Below, piece after piece: positions 19,313-28,969 of a stretch of DNA of 64,000 nt. The notes beneath the pieces were generated by a model, which saw nothing but the letters and a program-made list of their open reading frames with translations, was not told where the DNA came from and ran no database searches. Position 1 is the stretch's first letter. Each line of letters opens with the position of its first letter. A program made the translations under genes and the position numbers. Source of the stretch: Candidatus Kapaibacteriota bacterium (lineage in GTDB: Bacteria > Bacteroidota > Ignavibacteria > OLB7); contig JBMDXA010000018.1 of assembly GCA_048594725.1 (NCBI GenBank), forward strand, positions 10,055-74,054, written 5' to 3'.

Positions 19313-20177
19313 GGTGTGGCCTTACGGGATGGTTCGCAAAGTGTTACGCCCATCATGCCGGGAGGTACGATTCGTTCGTATGATTTTATGCGGTGGATAC
19401 AGCAGCCCCCCGCTCGCCGGGGAACGAGGTGGCATCTGCGCTCCGTGCCCGCCGGGGCCGGATGGGTGATATGCGGGCGGGTACGCGCCGATAGCCCGGC
19501 ATCAGGAAACGAAGGCTCCCGGCCAGGCTATATGAATGGCTGTAGATCTAGCTCCCCTACCCCGTGCAAAACTACGAGATTTCAGCGGACTGCATGGCGG
19601 GCAGGCCGGCTATCCGTTATCTGCACTATAGACAGAGGACTACTCACAACGGAGCGATCTTCCGAGCGGCGGGTACGTGCACACCATGACAGAACACCAG
19701 GATGCATCGGGAGCGGCCGGTATAAGTAGACCGGTCCCCTGCATGCGGCTTCCGTCCGTCATGGATATGACGATTCCCTGCTCCTGGCTGCATGGGGCCA
19801 TGGCGGCACGGGAACGTGCTGGCAATCCGGCATGATCGCATCAATCCGGTAGCGGGCGCCGTACTGACAGGGATCGGCAAGGTCCGATAACGGGTCTCCT
19901 GTGACACAGGTTCCTGGTAACGATGATCTGCGTACGATCATTGTTATCAGCGGAACCGGGCGGGGTCACCGGCTGACGTTCGATCGATGAAGGATGTTCA
20001 CGATCCGGCCGTGCATCAACCACATGGGGAGCACTGCTCGTTGGATTGTAAAGAGCTGATTGAGTTCGAGAGGGAGTTACTGCATCGGGAGTGTGTACCG
20101 GTTGGCGGCGTATCCGGTCACGTTTTCGCCGTAGATATCATGGACCGAGCCGAGACATCGAGACAAGACCCGATGAC

Positions 20178-20372
20178 TCATGCAACGTTCCAGCGACGGC
20201 GCGAGCTGTTGCGGCTCATGGAGCGATATCCGCAGAACGTGTTCTTGCAGCGGTGTCCGTCCTTCTTGGCGGCTTCCATCATAAGGCTGTGCTCGCCGCA
20301 CTTCGGGCAGACGTCATAAACGTTCATGTGGAGCTTGGAATGCTTCTCGGTGTTGAAATTGTTCTGCTGCAT
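20178..20372 (-). CDS. Small zinc-ribbon protein (CxxC...CxxxxC), hypothetical
   Basis: MQQNNFNTEKHSKLHMNVYDVCPKCGEHSLMMEAAKKDGHRCKNTFCGYRS... Strongly GC3-biased codons, unlike the surrounding low-GC DNA. AGGAGT sits 8 nt upstream of the ATG. The mirror ORF 19987..20319(+) has poor codon usage and is rejected. Confidence 0.4.
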   Translation of the reverse strand: MQQNNFNTEKHSKLHMNVYDVCPKCGEHSLMMEAAKKDGHRCKNTFCGYRSMSRNSSRRRWNVA

Positions 20373-20679
20373 CGTTGGTTGACTCCTGAATCTGATTCGT
20401 AGTATCTGTTCTGATAACTCTGATTTGCTTGTTGGAAACAGCATGAATTGCTGCTCTACAGATAAATAGAACCAAAAGCCGGGCCAAAACTTTTGAAAGG
20501 GGGAGACAGATGATGAAAGCAGACCGGGTTGTAAAGGCGGAATATGCCGGAAAGCGCCTCTGACGGGCCGGAAAGGGGCCTGAAGACCGGTTTTTCCCTC
20601 CGCGTGTGCGGATTTCGGAGGATGAGCCCGGCGCAGCGGGATTCAAGAGCTTTTTTGGATGGAATGGGCCAAAAACGAA

Positions 20680-20707
20680 GAATCCCCCCCGGAACCGGAG
20701 GGGATTC
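20680..20707 (-). terminator. Rho-independent terminator of the E1 alpha/beta dehydrogenase gene
   Basis: GAATCCCC-cccggaaccgga-GGGGATTC. On the minus strand it is followed by TTCGTTTTTGG. It lies 24 nt downstream of the stop at 20731. Confidence 0.5.
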
Positions 20708-20730
20708 GTATGTTTTGCCTGCGATTTCGT

Positions 20731-22875
20731 TTAGAACGCAATCAGCTCTTTCGACTTGGAATAGATGTCATCCGCGTTCAGCAGGATAGCCCGTTCCAGA
20801 ACCGGGGAGAAGCCGACCGGCGTTTCCCTGCTTCCGAGACGGAACACCGGGGCATCCAGCTCGCGGAAACAGTTGGCCGAGATGATCCCCGCCACCTCCC
20901 CGCCGATGCCCCCCAGCACACGATCCTCGTGCGCGATCAGCACCCGGCTGGTCTTGCGAACCGTTGCCACGATCGCCTCCTCATCCAGCGGCTTCAGCGA
21001 GCGAAGATCGAGGACCTCGACTTCGATCCCCTCGGCGGCCAGCTTCTCGGCGGCCTGCAGGGCAAGATGCACCGCATTGCCGTAGGCGATGATGGACATA
21101 TGGCGTCCCTCGCGGCGCACCCGCGCCGAGCCGAACGGCACTTCGAATCCCTCCGGGATCGGGGCCTTGGCCCAGCCGTGATTGTACAGGAACTTCGGCT
21201 CCAGGAACACCGACATCCCGCGCGAACGAAGGCAGGTGCGGAGCAGGCCGGCGGCATCATCGGCGAACGCCGGATAGACGATCCTCATCCCCGGAAGAGG
21301 GAGCAGCGACGCCTCGATGTTCTGCGAATGATAGAGGCCGCCGGTGATATACCCGCCGGAGGCGATACGAACCGTGACGTTGGGGGAGAACTGCCCACGC
21401 GTGCGCCAGTATTCATGCCCCATCTCCACGCACTGCTCCATGGCCGGCCAGAAGTAATCGGCGAACTCCGCCCCTTCCACCAGCACCCGGATGTTGTCGT
21501 TGAAGCGGCTGAAGCCGTTGGCCGTGCCGACGATATAATCCTCGGCGATCGGGGCGTTGTGCACCCGCGCGCGGCCGAACTCCTGCTGCATCCCCTTGGA
21601 GACGTTGAAGATGCCCCCCTTGTCGCGGGTGGCGACATCCTGTCCCCACATGAACGTATCGGGGTTGTGGCGGAACTCCTCCTTCATGGTGGCGTTCAGC
21701 GACTGCAACAGGGTCATCTCCTCCCCGCTCCCGGTGCGGTTCTCCCTGGCCGGGTACGGATCAGCGATCAGGAAGTCCTTGTAGCTCTCCATCGTCGGGT
21801 CGGGCATGGCCTCCCCCTGATCGGCCGCGGCGAACATCTCGGCCTTGTTCTCCTTCTCGATGGCGGCCAGCTGCTCTTCGGTGGCGATGCCATCGTTCAG
21901 AAGAAGCGCGCGGAGCTTGCGGACCGGGTCCTGCTCGCGGGCCTTCCCCAGCTCATCCTCGGAGCGGTAGAGCTCGTGGCGGTCGGAGTTGGAATGCGAG
22001 CCGATACGGACGCACTGCGCGTGCACCATCGCCGGCCCCTCGCCGCTCCGGATATAGGCTATCGCCTCCTGCATACCGCGCCAGGAGTCCAGCACATCGG
22101 TGCCGTCCACCTGGATGATCTTCAGGTTGGGGAAGCCGCGGAAGTTATCGGAGATGACCGGTGTGGGGAACGACTCCTCGATCGGCACGGAGATGCCGTA
22201 GCCGTTGTTCTGGATCACGAAGACCACCGGGTACCTGTTGGTGCAGGCGCCGTTGACGGCCTCGTAGAAATAGCCCTCGGCACAGGCCGACTCGCCGCTG
22301 GAGTAGAAGCTGATGGCGTCCGACTTGTAGTACTGGATGGCCTTGGCGGTTCCCACGGCCTGCGGCGCATGGTTGCCGGTGGCGCTGGAAACGTTCTGGA
22401 TGCCGATCTCCGGCTTGGCGAAGTGGTTCGACATATGACGGCCACCGCCGGCTACATCCCCATCCTTCGACAATCCGTTCAGGATGATCTCAAGCGGCGT
22501 CAGCCCTGCGGCCAGGCAGGTCATCAGGTCGCGATAGTAGGGGAAGAGGAAATCCTTCTTCTGGCGGAACGACGCCCCGAGCGCGAGCTGAATACCTTCA
22601 TGCCCTGCGCATGGCGCGTGGTAACTCCACCCTTTTGCCTGCTTCAGATAGTTGGCGGCCTTCTCGTCGAGGATACGGCCGAGGTGCATCAGACGATACC
22701 ACCCGATCAGGGTGGTGTTGTCCGGGCGGGAATCGGCAGATGCAGGGGCTCCATTACCGCCGTTGACGGCAGCGGCCTTGCGCTGCGCCGCCCGTACCGG
22801 CTTGGCTTCCCCCCCGTTCTTCTGCTCTATCTCGCTCTTGGGCTTGCTTTTGGCTTTCGGTTGACTGGCACTCAT
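20731..22875 (-). CDS. Fused 2-oxoacid dehydrogenase E1 component, alpha and beta subunits (TPP-dependent)
   Basis: N-terminal half is E1-alpha-like (YRLMHLGRILDEKAANYLKQ...; TPP-binding region GNGAP../...NNGYGISVP). C-terminal half is E1-beta/transketolase-like (...IAYGNAVHLALQAAEKLAAEGIEVEVLDLRSLKPLD). Single 714-aa ORF. Confidence 0.85.
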   Translation of the reverse strand: MSASQPKAKSKPKSEIEQKNGGEAKPVRAAQRKAAAVNGGNGAPASADSRPDNTTLIGWYRLMHLGRILDEKAANYLKQAKGWSYHAPCAGHEGIQLALGASFRQKKDFLFPYYRDLMTCLAAGLTPLEIILNGLSKDGDVAGGGRHMSNHFAKPEIGIQNVSSATGNHAPQAVGTAKAIQYYKSDAISFYSSGESACAEGYFYEAVNGACTNRYPVVFVIQNNGYGISVPIEESFPTPVISDNFRGFPNLKIIQVDGTDVLDSWRGMQEAIAYIRSGEGPAMVHAQCVRIGSHSNSDRHELYRSEDELGKAREQDPVRKLRALLLNDGIATEEQLAAIEKENKAEMFAAADQGEAMPDPTMESYKDFLIADPYPARENRTGSGEEMTLLQSLNATMKEEFRHNPDTFMWGQDVATRDKGGIFNVSKGMQQEFGRARVHNAPIAEDYIVGTANGFSRFNDNIRVLVEGAEFADYFWPAMEQCVEMGHEYWRTRGQFSPNVTVRIASGGYITGGLYHSQNIEASLLPLPGMRIVYPAFADDAAGLLRTCLRSRGMSVFLEPKFLYNHGWAKAPIPEGFEVPFGSARVRREGRHMSIIAYGNAVHLALQAAEKLAAEGIEVEVLDLRSLKPLDEEAIVATVRKTSRVLIAHEDRVLGGIGGEVAGIISANCFRELDAPVFRLGSRETPVGFSPVLERAILLNADDIYSKSKELIAF

Positions 22876-23164
22876 AGTTTATATTCCGCCCTTCGAGGCG
22901 CCTAGTTCTCGATTGACACGTGAAGATCTTAATATACGGTTCCCTCTCTGGACGGCCATATGAAGGGCTTAATTTGTTACATGAGCGAACAAAACGAGCG
23001 GCGGCGGGGCGAACAGAGTAAAAAAAGAGGGCACCGGCGCTCAACACCGGGACATCTTCATCGTCATTTCCAGACCACACGCCCGGCCGTTACGCCGGGT
23101 ATACCGGGCCCGCGGCGGTTTCCGTGGAGATTTTCTTTCAACCTTCAGCATTCCCTGCATCCGT

Positions 23165-25288
23165 ATGAGGCATTTCAGACTACTGTGCTCCGCGCTCCTG
23201 ATTGCTCTGTGCTCCTCTCTGGCGCTGATGGCGCAGGATTCGCTCCGCTACTACCGCCTCTACCTGAAGGATAAAGGGACCCCTGAAAGAACTCTCTCCC
23301 CTGCCGATCCCTTCTACAAGCAGGCAACCGCCCATCTTACCGGCCGGGCCCTCGCCCGCCGCGCCAGGGTGCTGCCGGCCGGGAGCCTCGTCTCCACGAG
23401 CGATCTTCCCTTGTACCCCCCCTATCTAGAGGCCATCGCCGCGGCCGGAGCCGAGGTGCGGCAGACCTCCCGCTGGCTGAACACCGCCATGGTCCTGGCC
23501 GACTCGGCAACCTACGAGCGGCTCCGCTCCCTCCCCTTTCTCGATTCGGCGCGGATGATGAAGGCGCGCCGGCGCACTACCGATATCCCGTTCGGCAAGG
23601 GAAGCTCCCTCGTGCGGATACAGACTTCTCCCCCCCCTGCCGATCCCCGTTCCTTCTGCATCACCGATCACTACGGGCGCGCCGACTATCAGAACCGGAT
23701 GACCGGCATCGACAAGGGACATATGCTCGGTATCGCCGGCGAGGGGGTGCTGGTGGGAGTGCTGGACGCCGGGTTCGACTGGCGCGGGCATGCCGCGCTC
23801 CGGCATCTGAATGTGATCGCCGAACATGACTTCGTCTTCAACGACAGCAATGTGGCCGACGAGCCGGGGGAGTTCGGAGCCGAGTCGCACGGCACCACCG
23901 TGATGGGGATGATCGGGGGATATTACCAGAACGTTCTGATAGGAGGTGCCCCGCACGCCAGCTTCATCCTTGCCAAGACCGAGGATATCCGGAGCGAACG
24001 GCAGGTGGAGGAGGATAATTTCGTGGCCGGCCTGGAGTGGATAGAATCGATGGGGGCGGATGTGACCAACACCTCGCTCGGCTATACCACGTTCGATGCC
24101 CCGGAACGCTCCCACGACTATAGCGAACTGGACGGGCGCACCGCCCATGCCTCGCGCGGGCTGAACCACGCCGTATCGCTCGGGGTGGTCTGCGTGGTGG
24201 CCGCCGGCAACGAGGCCGGCAGATACAACTACGTCAGCGTCCCGGCCGAGGCCGATTCGGCGATCGCCGTGGCGGCGGTGGACTCCAGCGGCAGAGTGGC
24301 CTATTTCAGCAGCAGGGGATTCGGCGAGATGACCGTGCCGGGACGGGTCCGGCTGAAGCCGGATGTTGCCGCGTTCGGCGTGGGCAACTGGGGCGCCGAT
24401 CATAGCGATACCTTCAGAATCCTGACCGGCCAGGGAACATCCTATGCCTCGCCGATGGTGGCCGGGGCGGTGGCGATGATCCTTTCGGCACGGCCCGGAC
24501 TTACCCCCTACCAGGTGCGGGAACTTCTGTACAAGACCTCCAGCCGCGCCACCGATCCGGATACCGCCGTGGGACACGGGGTGGTGAATGTGGGAAGAGC
24601 CCTTCAGGAATTGAGCCGGAGCGCGCCGGTGGTGGGACTGCCGAAGGTGATGATGTTCGGCGATCATCTCTCCATCATCGCCGGAACCCTGTTCGAGGGG
24701 GGCATGCCGATGGGGCAGTTCCGGAACGATCTCCCCCTCTCCTCCTATCTGGCCTTGACGGTGGGGGTTCCCGGCGGGCCCGATACCACCATACTGCAAC
24801 CGCAGCCCCTGGCCGGGGTGGCACGATGGTACGTTCCGGCAACCGTGCGCGGAATCAGCCTTACCCCGGAAGACAGCGTGGACCTGATGATCCGCTATGC
24901 CTCCACCGGCGAGATCGTCCGGCAGGGACGCTTCGGCCTGGGAGCATCGCAGGGCACCTTCCAGGTGGCGCAGGGGGTTCCGGATCTGGTCACAAGCACG
25001 CTCTGCGAGATACCGGCCATGCCGGGCACATCGGTAGCGGTGGCGGTGCCGAACCCGTTCCGCCAGTTCACCATGATCGGCTTCGAGACCGGCGATAGAG
25101 CCACCGTCTCGCTGACGGTCTACAACGCGCTCGGCCAGGAGGTGGCCCGGCTTATCGACCAGCGGGAGATGGACCCCGGATTCCATACCAGCTACTTCCA
25201 GCCCGCCGGGCTGCCGGCCGGCTCCTACTACTACATGCTCCAGGTGGGAGAGGATGTGCGAAGCCAGCAGGTGATTTATACGAAGTAA
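23165..25288 (+). CDS. Subtilisin-like serine peptidase (S8) with Por/T9SS-type C-terminal domain
   Basis: Signal peptide MRHFRLLCSALLIALCSSLALMAQ. Catalytic-triad regions: VGVLDAGFD (Asp), ESHGTTVMGMIGG (His), GTSYASPMVAGAVAMI (Ser). C-terminal ...SYYYMLQVGEDVRSQQVIYTK. Confidence 0.85.
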   Translation: MRHFRLLCSALLIALCSSLALMAQDSLRYYRLYLKDKGTPERTLSPADPFYKQATAHLTGRALARRARVLPAGSLVSTSDLPLYPPYLEAIAAAGAEVRQTSRWLNTAMVLADSATYERLRSLPFLDSARMMKARRRTTDIPFGKGSSLVRIQTSPPPADPRSFCITDHYGRADYQNRMTGIDKGHMLGIAGEGVLVGVLDAGFDWRGHAALRHLNVIAEHDFVFNDSNVADEPGEFGAESHGTTVMGMIGGYYQNVLIGGAPHASFILAKTEDIRSERQVEEDNFVAGLEWIESMGADVTNTSLGYTTFDAPERSHDYSELDGRTAHASRGLNHAVSLGVVCVVAAGNEAGRYNYVSVPAEADSAIAVAAVDSSGRVAYFSSRGFGEMTVPGRVRLKPDVAAFGVGNWGADHSDTFRILTGQGTSYASPMVAGAVAMILSARPGLTPYQVRELLYKTSSRATDPDTAVGHGVVNVGRALQELSRSAPVVGLPKVMMFGDHLSIIAGTLFEGGMPMGQFRNDLPLSSYLALTVGVPGGPDTTILQPQPLAGVARWYVPATVRGISLTPEDSVDLMIRYASTGEIVRQGRFGLGASQGTFQVAQGVPDLVTSTLCEIPAMPGTSVAVAVPNPFRQFTMIGFETGDRATVSLTVYNALGQEVARLIDQREMDPGFHTSYFQPAGLPAGSYYYMLQVGEDVRSQQVIYTK

Positions 25289-25424
25289 AAGGGTCAGTGG
25301 TCAGTGCGCGGGCTGCGCCCGCTGTCCGTGGTCCGTGGCTGGTGGAGCAGGGGCTTGCGGCAACTGGGGAGAAGATCTTCTCTCCAACTCCGGACCCCGA
25401 ACTCGGGGGCTCCAGAACTATTCT

Positions 25425-25456
25425 CCCCGATCGAAAATCCAAAATCGAAAATCTCC
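25425..25456. repeat. Copy of the CGAAAAT-heptamer repeat family
   Basis: ccccgATCGAAAATCCAAAATCGAAAATctcc, between the S8 peptidase and the ABC exporter genes. Confidence 0.5.
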
Positions 25457-25672
25457 AGGAACGATTTGTATCCCTCCCCCGTTCCTGCTTCCCGTAGATT
25501 CCCGCAAGAGCGGGCTAGTCCCTGCCGGGGGCCGGCTCCGGAGCCATAGAGTTCCTCTCCGGCCGGGTGCCGGCATGGCGCCCCTGCTACTGAACGCGGC
25601 GGATACACCTTCATTCAATCCCCCGGCGCCGCGCCGCGATGGCCGCGGCCGTGGGGATATCATACAGGCACG

Positions 25673-27517
25673 ATGTCCGATTCCTCAAAGACACCCGAGA
25701 CGGGGAGCGAAGAGAAAAAAGGGTTCGATTTCAAAAAACTGAAAATCACCCGGGGCTCCATCGATGGCGCCCGGTTCCTGTTCCGCTACCTTCGCCCCTA
25801 CCGCTGGAAGTTCATTCTCGCCCTGGTCGCGCTTCTGTTCTCGTCGCTCGCCGGACTTGTCTTTCCGGGTCTCACCGGAAGGCTCGTGGATGCTACCACC
25901 GGGAGCGATCCGGACCGCCTTTCGCTGAACCAGATCACCCTCATCCTGATAGCGGCGCTCTTTGCGCAGTCGGCATTCAGCTACATCCGGAGCTACTTCA
26001 TCACCGAGGTGGCCGAGCGTACCCTCTCGGATCTCCGCCACGATCTGTACGGCCGCATCCTCCGCCTTCCGATGGAGTTCTTCCACAAGAACAGGGTCGG
26101 GGAGCTTACCAGCCGCATCACCACTGATGTGGGGCAGATCCAGTACACCATCACCACCGCCCTGTCGGAGCTGATCCGCCAGGTGGTGATCCTGATAGGC
26201 GGCATCGCGCTGGTGGCCTATACATCGCCGCAGCTGACGCTGGTGATGCTGGTGGCAGTGCCGCTGCTGGTGCTGATGGCACTGGTCTTCGGACGGCTGA
26301 TCCGCAAGGCGAGCAAGCAGCTGCACGATCTCCACGCAAAGCTGAACACCGTGGCGGAGGAGACCTTCCAGGGGATCAGCGCGGTAAAGGCGTTTACCGC
26401 GGAGAGCCGGGAAACCGCCCGCTACAGCCGGACGCTCGGGGAGCTTGTGGGCGTTGCGCTCCGGGTGGGACGCGCACGCGGTGCGTTTATCGCGCTCATC
26501 ATCTTCATCCTGTTCGGCGGCATCGTCGGGGTGATCTGGTACGGCGGCCATATGGTGATGGATGGAACGCTGACGATAGGCTCGCTTACCTCGTTCGTCC
26601 TGTACGCCCTGTTCGTGGGAGGGGCGATGGGGAGCTTCGCCGATCTGTACGGATCGGTGCAGAGCGCCATGGGCGCCAGCGAGCGGGTGCGGGATCTGCT
26701 CCAGAGTTCCGCCGAGGATATCGACCGCTCGCTGGGTGCGATCCCGGCGCGCGGGCATATCCAGTTCCGCGATATCTCCTTTGCCTACCCCTCCCGCCCC
26801 GATCTTCCGGTGCTTCAGGGGATCACGCTCGATGTCCCGGCCGGAACCAGCCTGGCGCTGGTGGGCCCCTCGGGAGCGGGCAAGTCCACCGTGGCCGGCA
26901 TCCTGATGCGGTTCTACGAGCCCACCTCCGGCGAGCTGGTGGTGGACGGCCGCGCGGCCGTGGATTATACGCTGCTGGACTTCCGCTCATCGGTGGCGAT
27001 CGTGCCGCAGGATGTGATACTCTTCGGCGGCACCATCGCCGAGAACATCGCCTACGGCAACCCCGATGTGGGAGAGGAACGGATCAGAGAGGCCGCCCGC
27101 CTGGCGAACGCCGCCGATTTCATCGAGTCGTTCCCGGAGGGATACCAGACGGTGGTGGGTGAACGGGGAGTGCAGCTTTCCGGCGGCCAGCGCCAGCGCA
27201 TAGCCATAGCCAGGGCGATCGTGAAAGACCCCGCGATCCTGATCCTGGACGAGGCCACCAGTTCGCTCGACTCGGAATCCGAGCGCCTGGTGCAGGATGC
27301 GCTGGACAAGGTGATGAAGAACCGCACCACGCTGGTGATAGCCCACCGCCTCAGCACCATCCGCAATGCCGACCGCGTGGCGGTGCTGCGCCAGGGAACC
27401 ATCATCGAGAACGGCAGCTACGATGAGCTGATCGCCGCCGGAGGAGTATTCGCCCGCCTGGTGTCATTGCAGAGCCGGGGCGAGATCGACGACTTCCGGC
27501 TGACCATCGACGAGTGA
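25673..27517 (+). CDS. ABC exporter, fused permease/ATP-binding protein (MsbA-like)
   Basis: Six-TM domain, then NBD with Walker [26 protein letters not shown], Walker B ILILDEATSSLD and H-loop LVIAHRLSTI. Confidence 0.9.
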   Translation: MSDSSKTPETGSEEKKGFDFKKLKITRGSIDGARFLFRYLRPYRWKFILALVALLFSSLAGLVFPGLTGRLVDATTGSDPDRLSLNQITLILIAALFAQSAFSYIRSYFITEVAERTLSDLRHDLYGRILRLPMEFFHKNRVGELTSRITTDVGQIQYTITTALSELIRQVVILIGGIALVAYTSPQLTLVMLVAVPLLVLMALVFGRLIRKASKQLHDLHAKLNTVAEETFQGISAVKAFTAESRETARYSRTLGELVGVALRVGRARGAFIALIIFILFGGIVGVIWYGGHMVMDGTLTIGSLTSFVLYALFVGGAMGSFADLYGSVQSAMGASERVRDLLQSSAEDIDRSLGAIPARGHIQFRDISFAYPSRPDLPVLQGITLDVPAGTSLALVGPSGAGKSTVAGILMRFYEPTSGELVVDGRAAVDYTLLDFRSSVAIVPQDVILFGGTIAENIAYGNPDVGEERIREAARLANAADFIESFPEGYQTVVGERGVQLSGGQRQRIAIARAIVKDPAILILDEATSSLDSESERLVQDALDKVMKNRTTLVIAHRLSTIRNADRVAVLRQGTIIENGSYDELIAAGGVFARLVSLQSRGEIDDFRLTIDE

Positions 27518-27520
27518 GGC

Positions 27521-27559
27521 GATTTACGATTTCGGATTTTCGATTGGCGATTTTCGATT
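27521..27559. repeat. Copy of the CGAAAAT-heptamer repeat family abutting the ABC exporter stop
   Basis: GATTTaCGATTTCGGATTTTCGATTggCGATTTTCGATT begins 4 nt after the TGA at 27515-27517. Confidence 0.5.
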
Positions 27560-27714
27560 ATAGACCTGATAGAGCCAACCACGCCAGATGCATCACGCGA
27601 AGGCGCAAAGAAGATGTATTCCTTTGCGCCTTCGCGCCTTCCCGTGGGATTCTTCAAAGATTGGCGATTGTGAGGAGAGTCCGTGGCGGTTCCAACTGAA
27701 CGGCTGGTTCCATC

Positions 27715-28266
27715 TCACTCATGCTCCGGGCAGCGGCCGCTCAGGTTTCTGGTGGTCTCGCGGCAGTACTCTCCTGCGGAACTGCGGTAGGAGCAGCGCA
27801 CCGCCCGCGCCCGATCCCGTCCCCACGCCCCCCGCTCCATCACGCGGGCTTCGGCAGCCGCTACGAAGAACTGTTCGCGCGACCCATGGGCCGAGATTGT
27901 GGTGGGAGCGGCATAGCCATCTCGCAGCATCTGCACGTTCACCATCATGCCGTCGGCAAAGACGAAGCGTTCCTCCTGCGGGTGATCCAGCGTCGTATCC
28001 CGCACCAGGAACACCTGCCGGCCGCCGATAAGCTCGCCCAGATGTTTCTTTGCGTCGGCCTCGGTGATGGCGAGCGTGCGCGGAGGAAACCGGAGGCCCA
28101 GCAGCACGATCCTCCGCCCGCCCGCGGTGATGAAGGTGGTGCCGTTGACCACCTCGGCCACGGTGGCGGTATCCCTGACGGGCTCCTGTGCATGCAGCCG
28201 GCCGGCCTGGGCCAGCCACATCATTCCCATGAACATCGCGGTGATGGTGGCGTTTCGAAAGTTCAT
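27715..28266 (-). CDS. Secreted thermonuclease (SNase-like) family protein
   Basis: Signal-like N-terminus MNFRNATITAMFMGMMWLAQA. VVNGTTFITAGGRRIVLLGLRFPP...AKKHLGELIGGRQVFLVRDTTLDHPQEERFVFADGMMVNVQMLRDGYAAP resembles staphylococcal nuclease. Confidence 0.7.
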   Translation of the reverse strand: MNFRNATITAMFMGMMWLAQAGRLHAQEPVRDTATVAEVVNGTTFITAGGRRIVLLGLRFPPRTLAITEADAKKHLGELIGGRQVFLVRDTTLDHPQEERFVFADGMMVNVQMLRDGYAAPTTISAHGSREQFFVAAAEARVMERGAWGRDRARAVRCSYRSSAGEYCRETTRNLSGRCPEHE

Positions 28267-28619
28267 CCGGGGATCTCCTGTGCAATGGTGTTTTCTGCCT
28301 CCGGCAACCGCTCCGCAGATCGGGCGGAAGCGGCGCCGACAAGGATTCGGCGCCGCACAAGATAGAGCCGGAGAAGCTGCCTGTCAACAGATCGTCCCCA
28401 CTCCCGGTGATGCCGCCGGCGGGCCCGGCCGGCCCGCGCCCGGAATGAATTTCCCGGCCGGGGGATCCCCCTGGGTTACACTATTGCATAACATCGGGAT
28501 GATGGCTATCTTCGTCCCTATTGTGAAGGCCGATCATCACCCCAGATGACGATCCGCCGGCTCACGTTACAAGAGGTTCACTTGTAGGTCATCCACAATT
28601 TAATCGCAGGTCCAGCACA

Positions 28620-28841
28620 ATGAGCACATTGTATGCCCCTGGAGGCACATCCCCATCCTGGCAGAATCGTGATGCAAGCACGCTGAATGATACATGGGGG
28701 GCAGATATCCAGAACGCTCCCACGTTTATCCCCGTATCGGATTACGAAGCAGGCCGTCGCGACGGTGTGATGATCGGTCTTATCCTCGGCGCCCTCTCCG
28801 GTGCAATCATCTCGATGCTCTTCGGATTCATCATCTGGTGA
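28620..28841 (+). CDS. Small hypothetical protein with C-terminal TM helix
   Basis: 73 aa. C-terminal GVMIGLILGALSGAIISMLFGFIIW. Codon bias only moderate. Confidence 0.3.
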   Translation: MSTLYAPGGTSPSWQNRDASTLNDTWGADIQNAPTFIPVSDYEAGRRDGVMIGLILGALSGAIISMLFGFIIW

Positions 28842-28969
28842 GGCCGGAATACCAGAAGAATTGCTGTTAGAAACGAAGGCCCGGCCGGGAATACTGCTCC
28901 CAGCCGGGCTTTTGCATAACAGGCCGGTTTTGCCAGTGCCAGCAGCGCCCTCCGGGCTCCCGGCACGGA

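Noticed and set aside
19440-19990. Searched this long intergenic stretch for tmRNA, SRP RNA, 6S RNA and riboswitch signatures.
   Set aside because: No GGGG..UUCGAC 5' end or tRNA-like 3' end (GGTTCGA..CCACCA), no SRP domain IV motif, no obvious riboswitch consensus by eye. Left as unexplained rather than annotated.
27719-28387. Mirror-image ORFs 27719-28387(-) and 27721-28365(+), 222 and 214 aa, overlapping the nuclease gene.
   Set aside because: Only the 27715-28266(-) frame gives an SNase-like sequence with a signal peptide. The others are GC artefacts.
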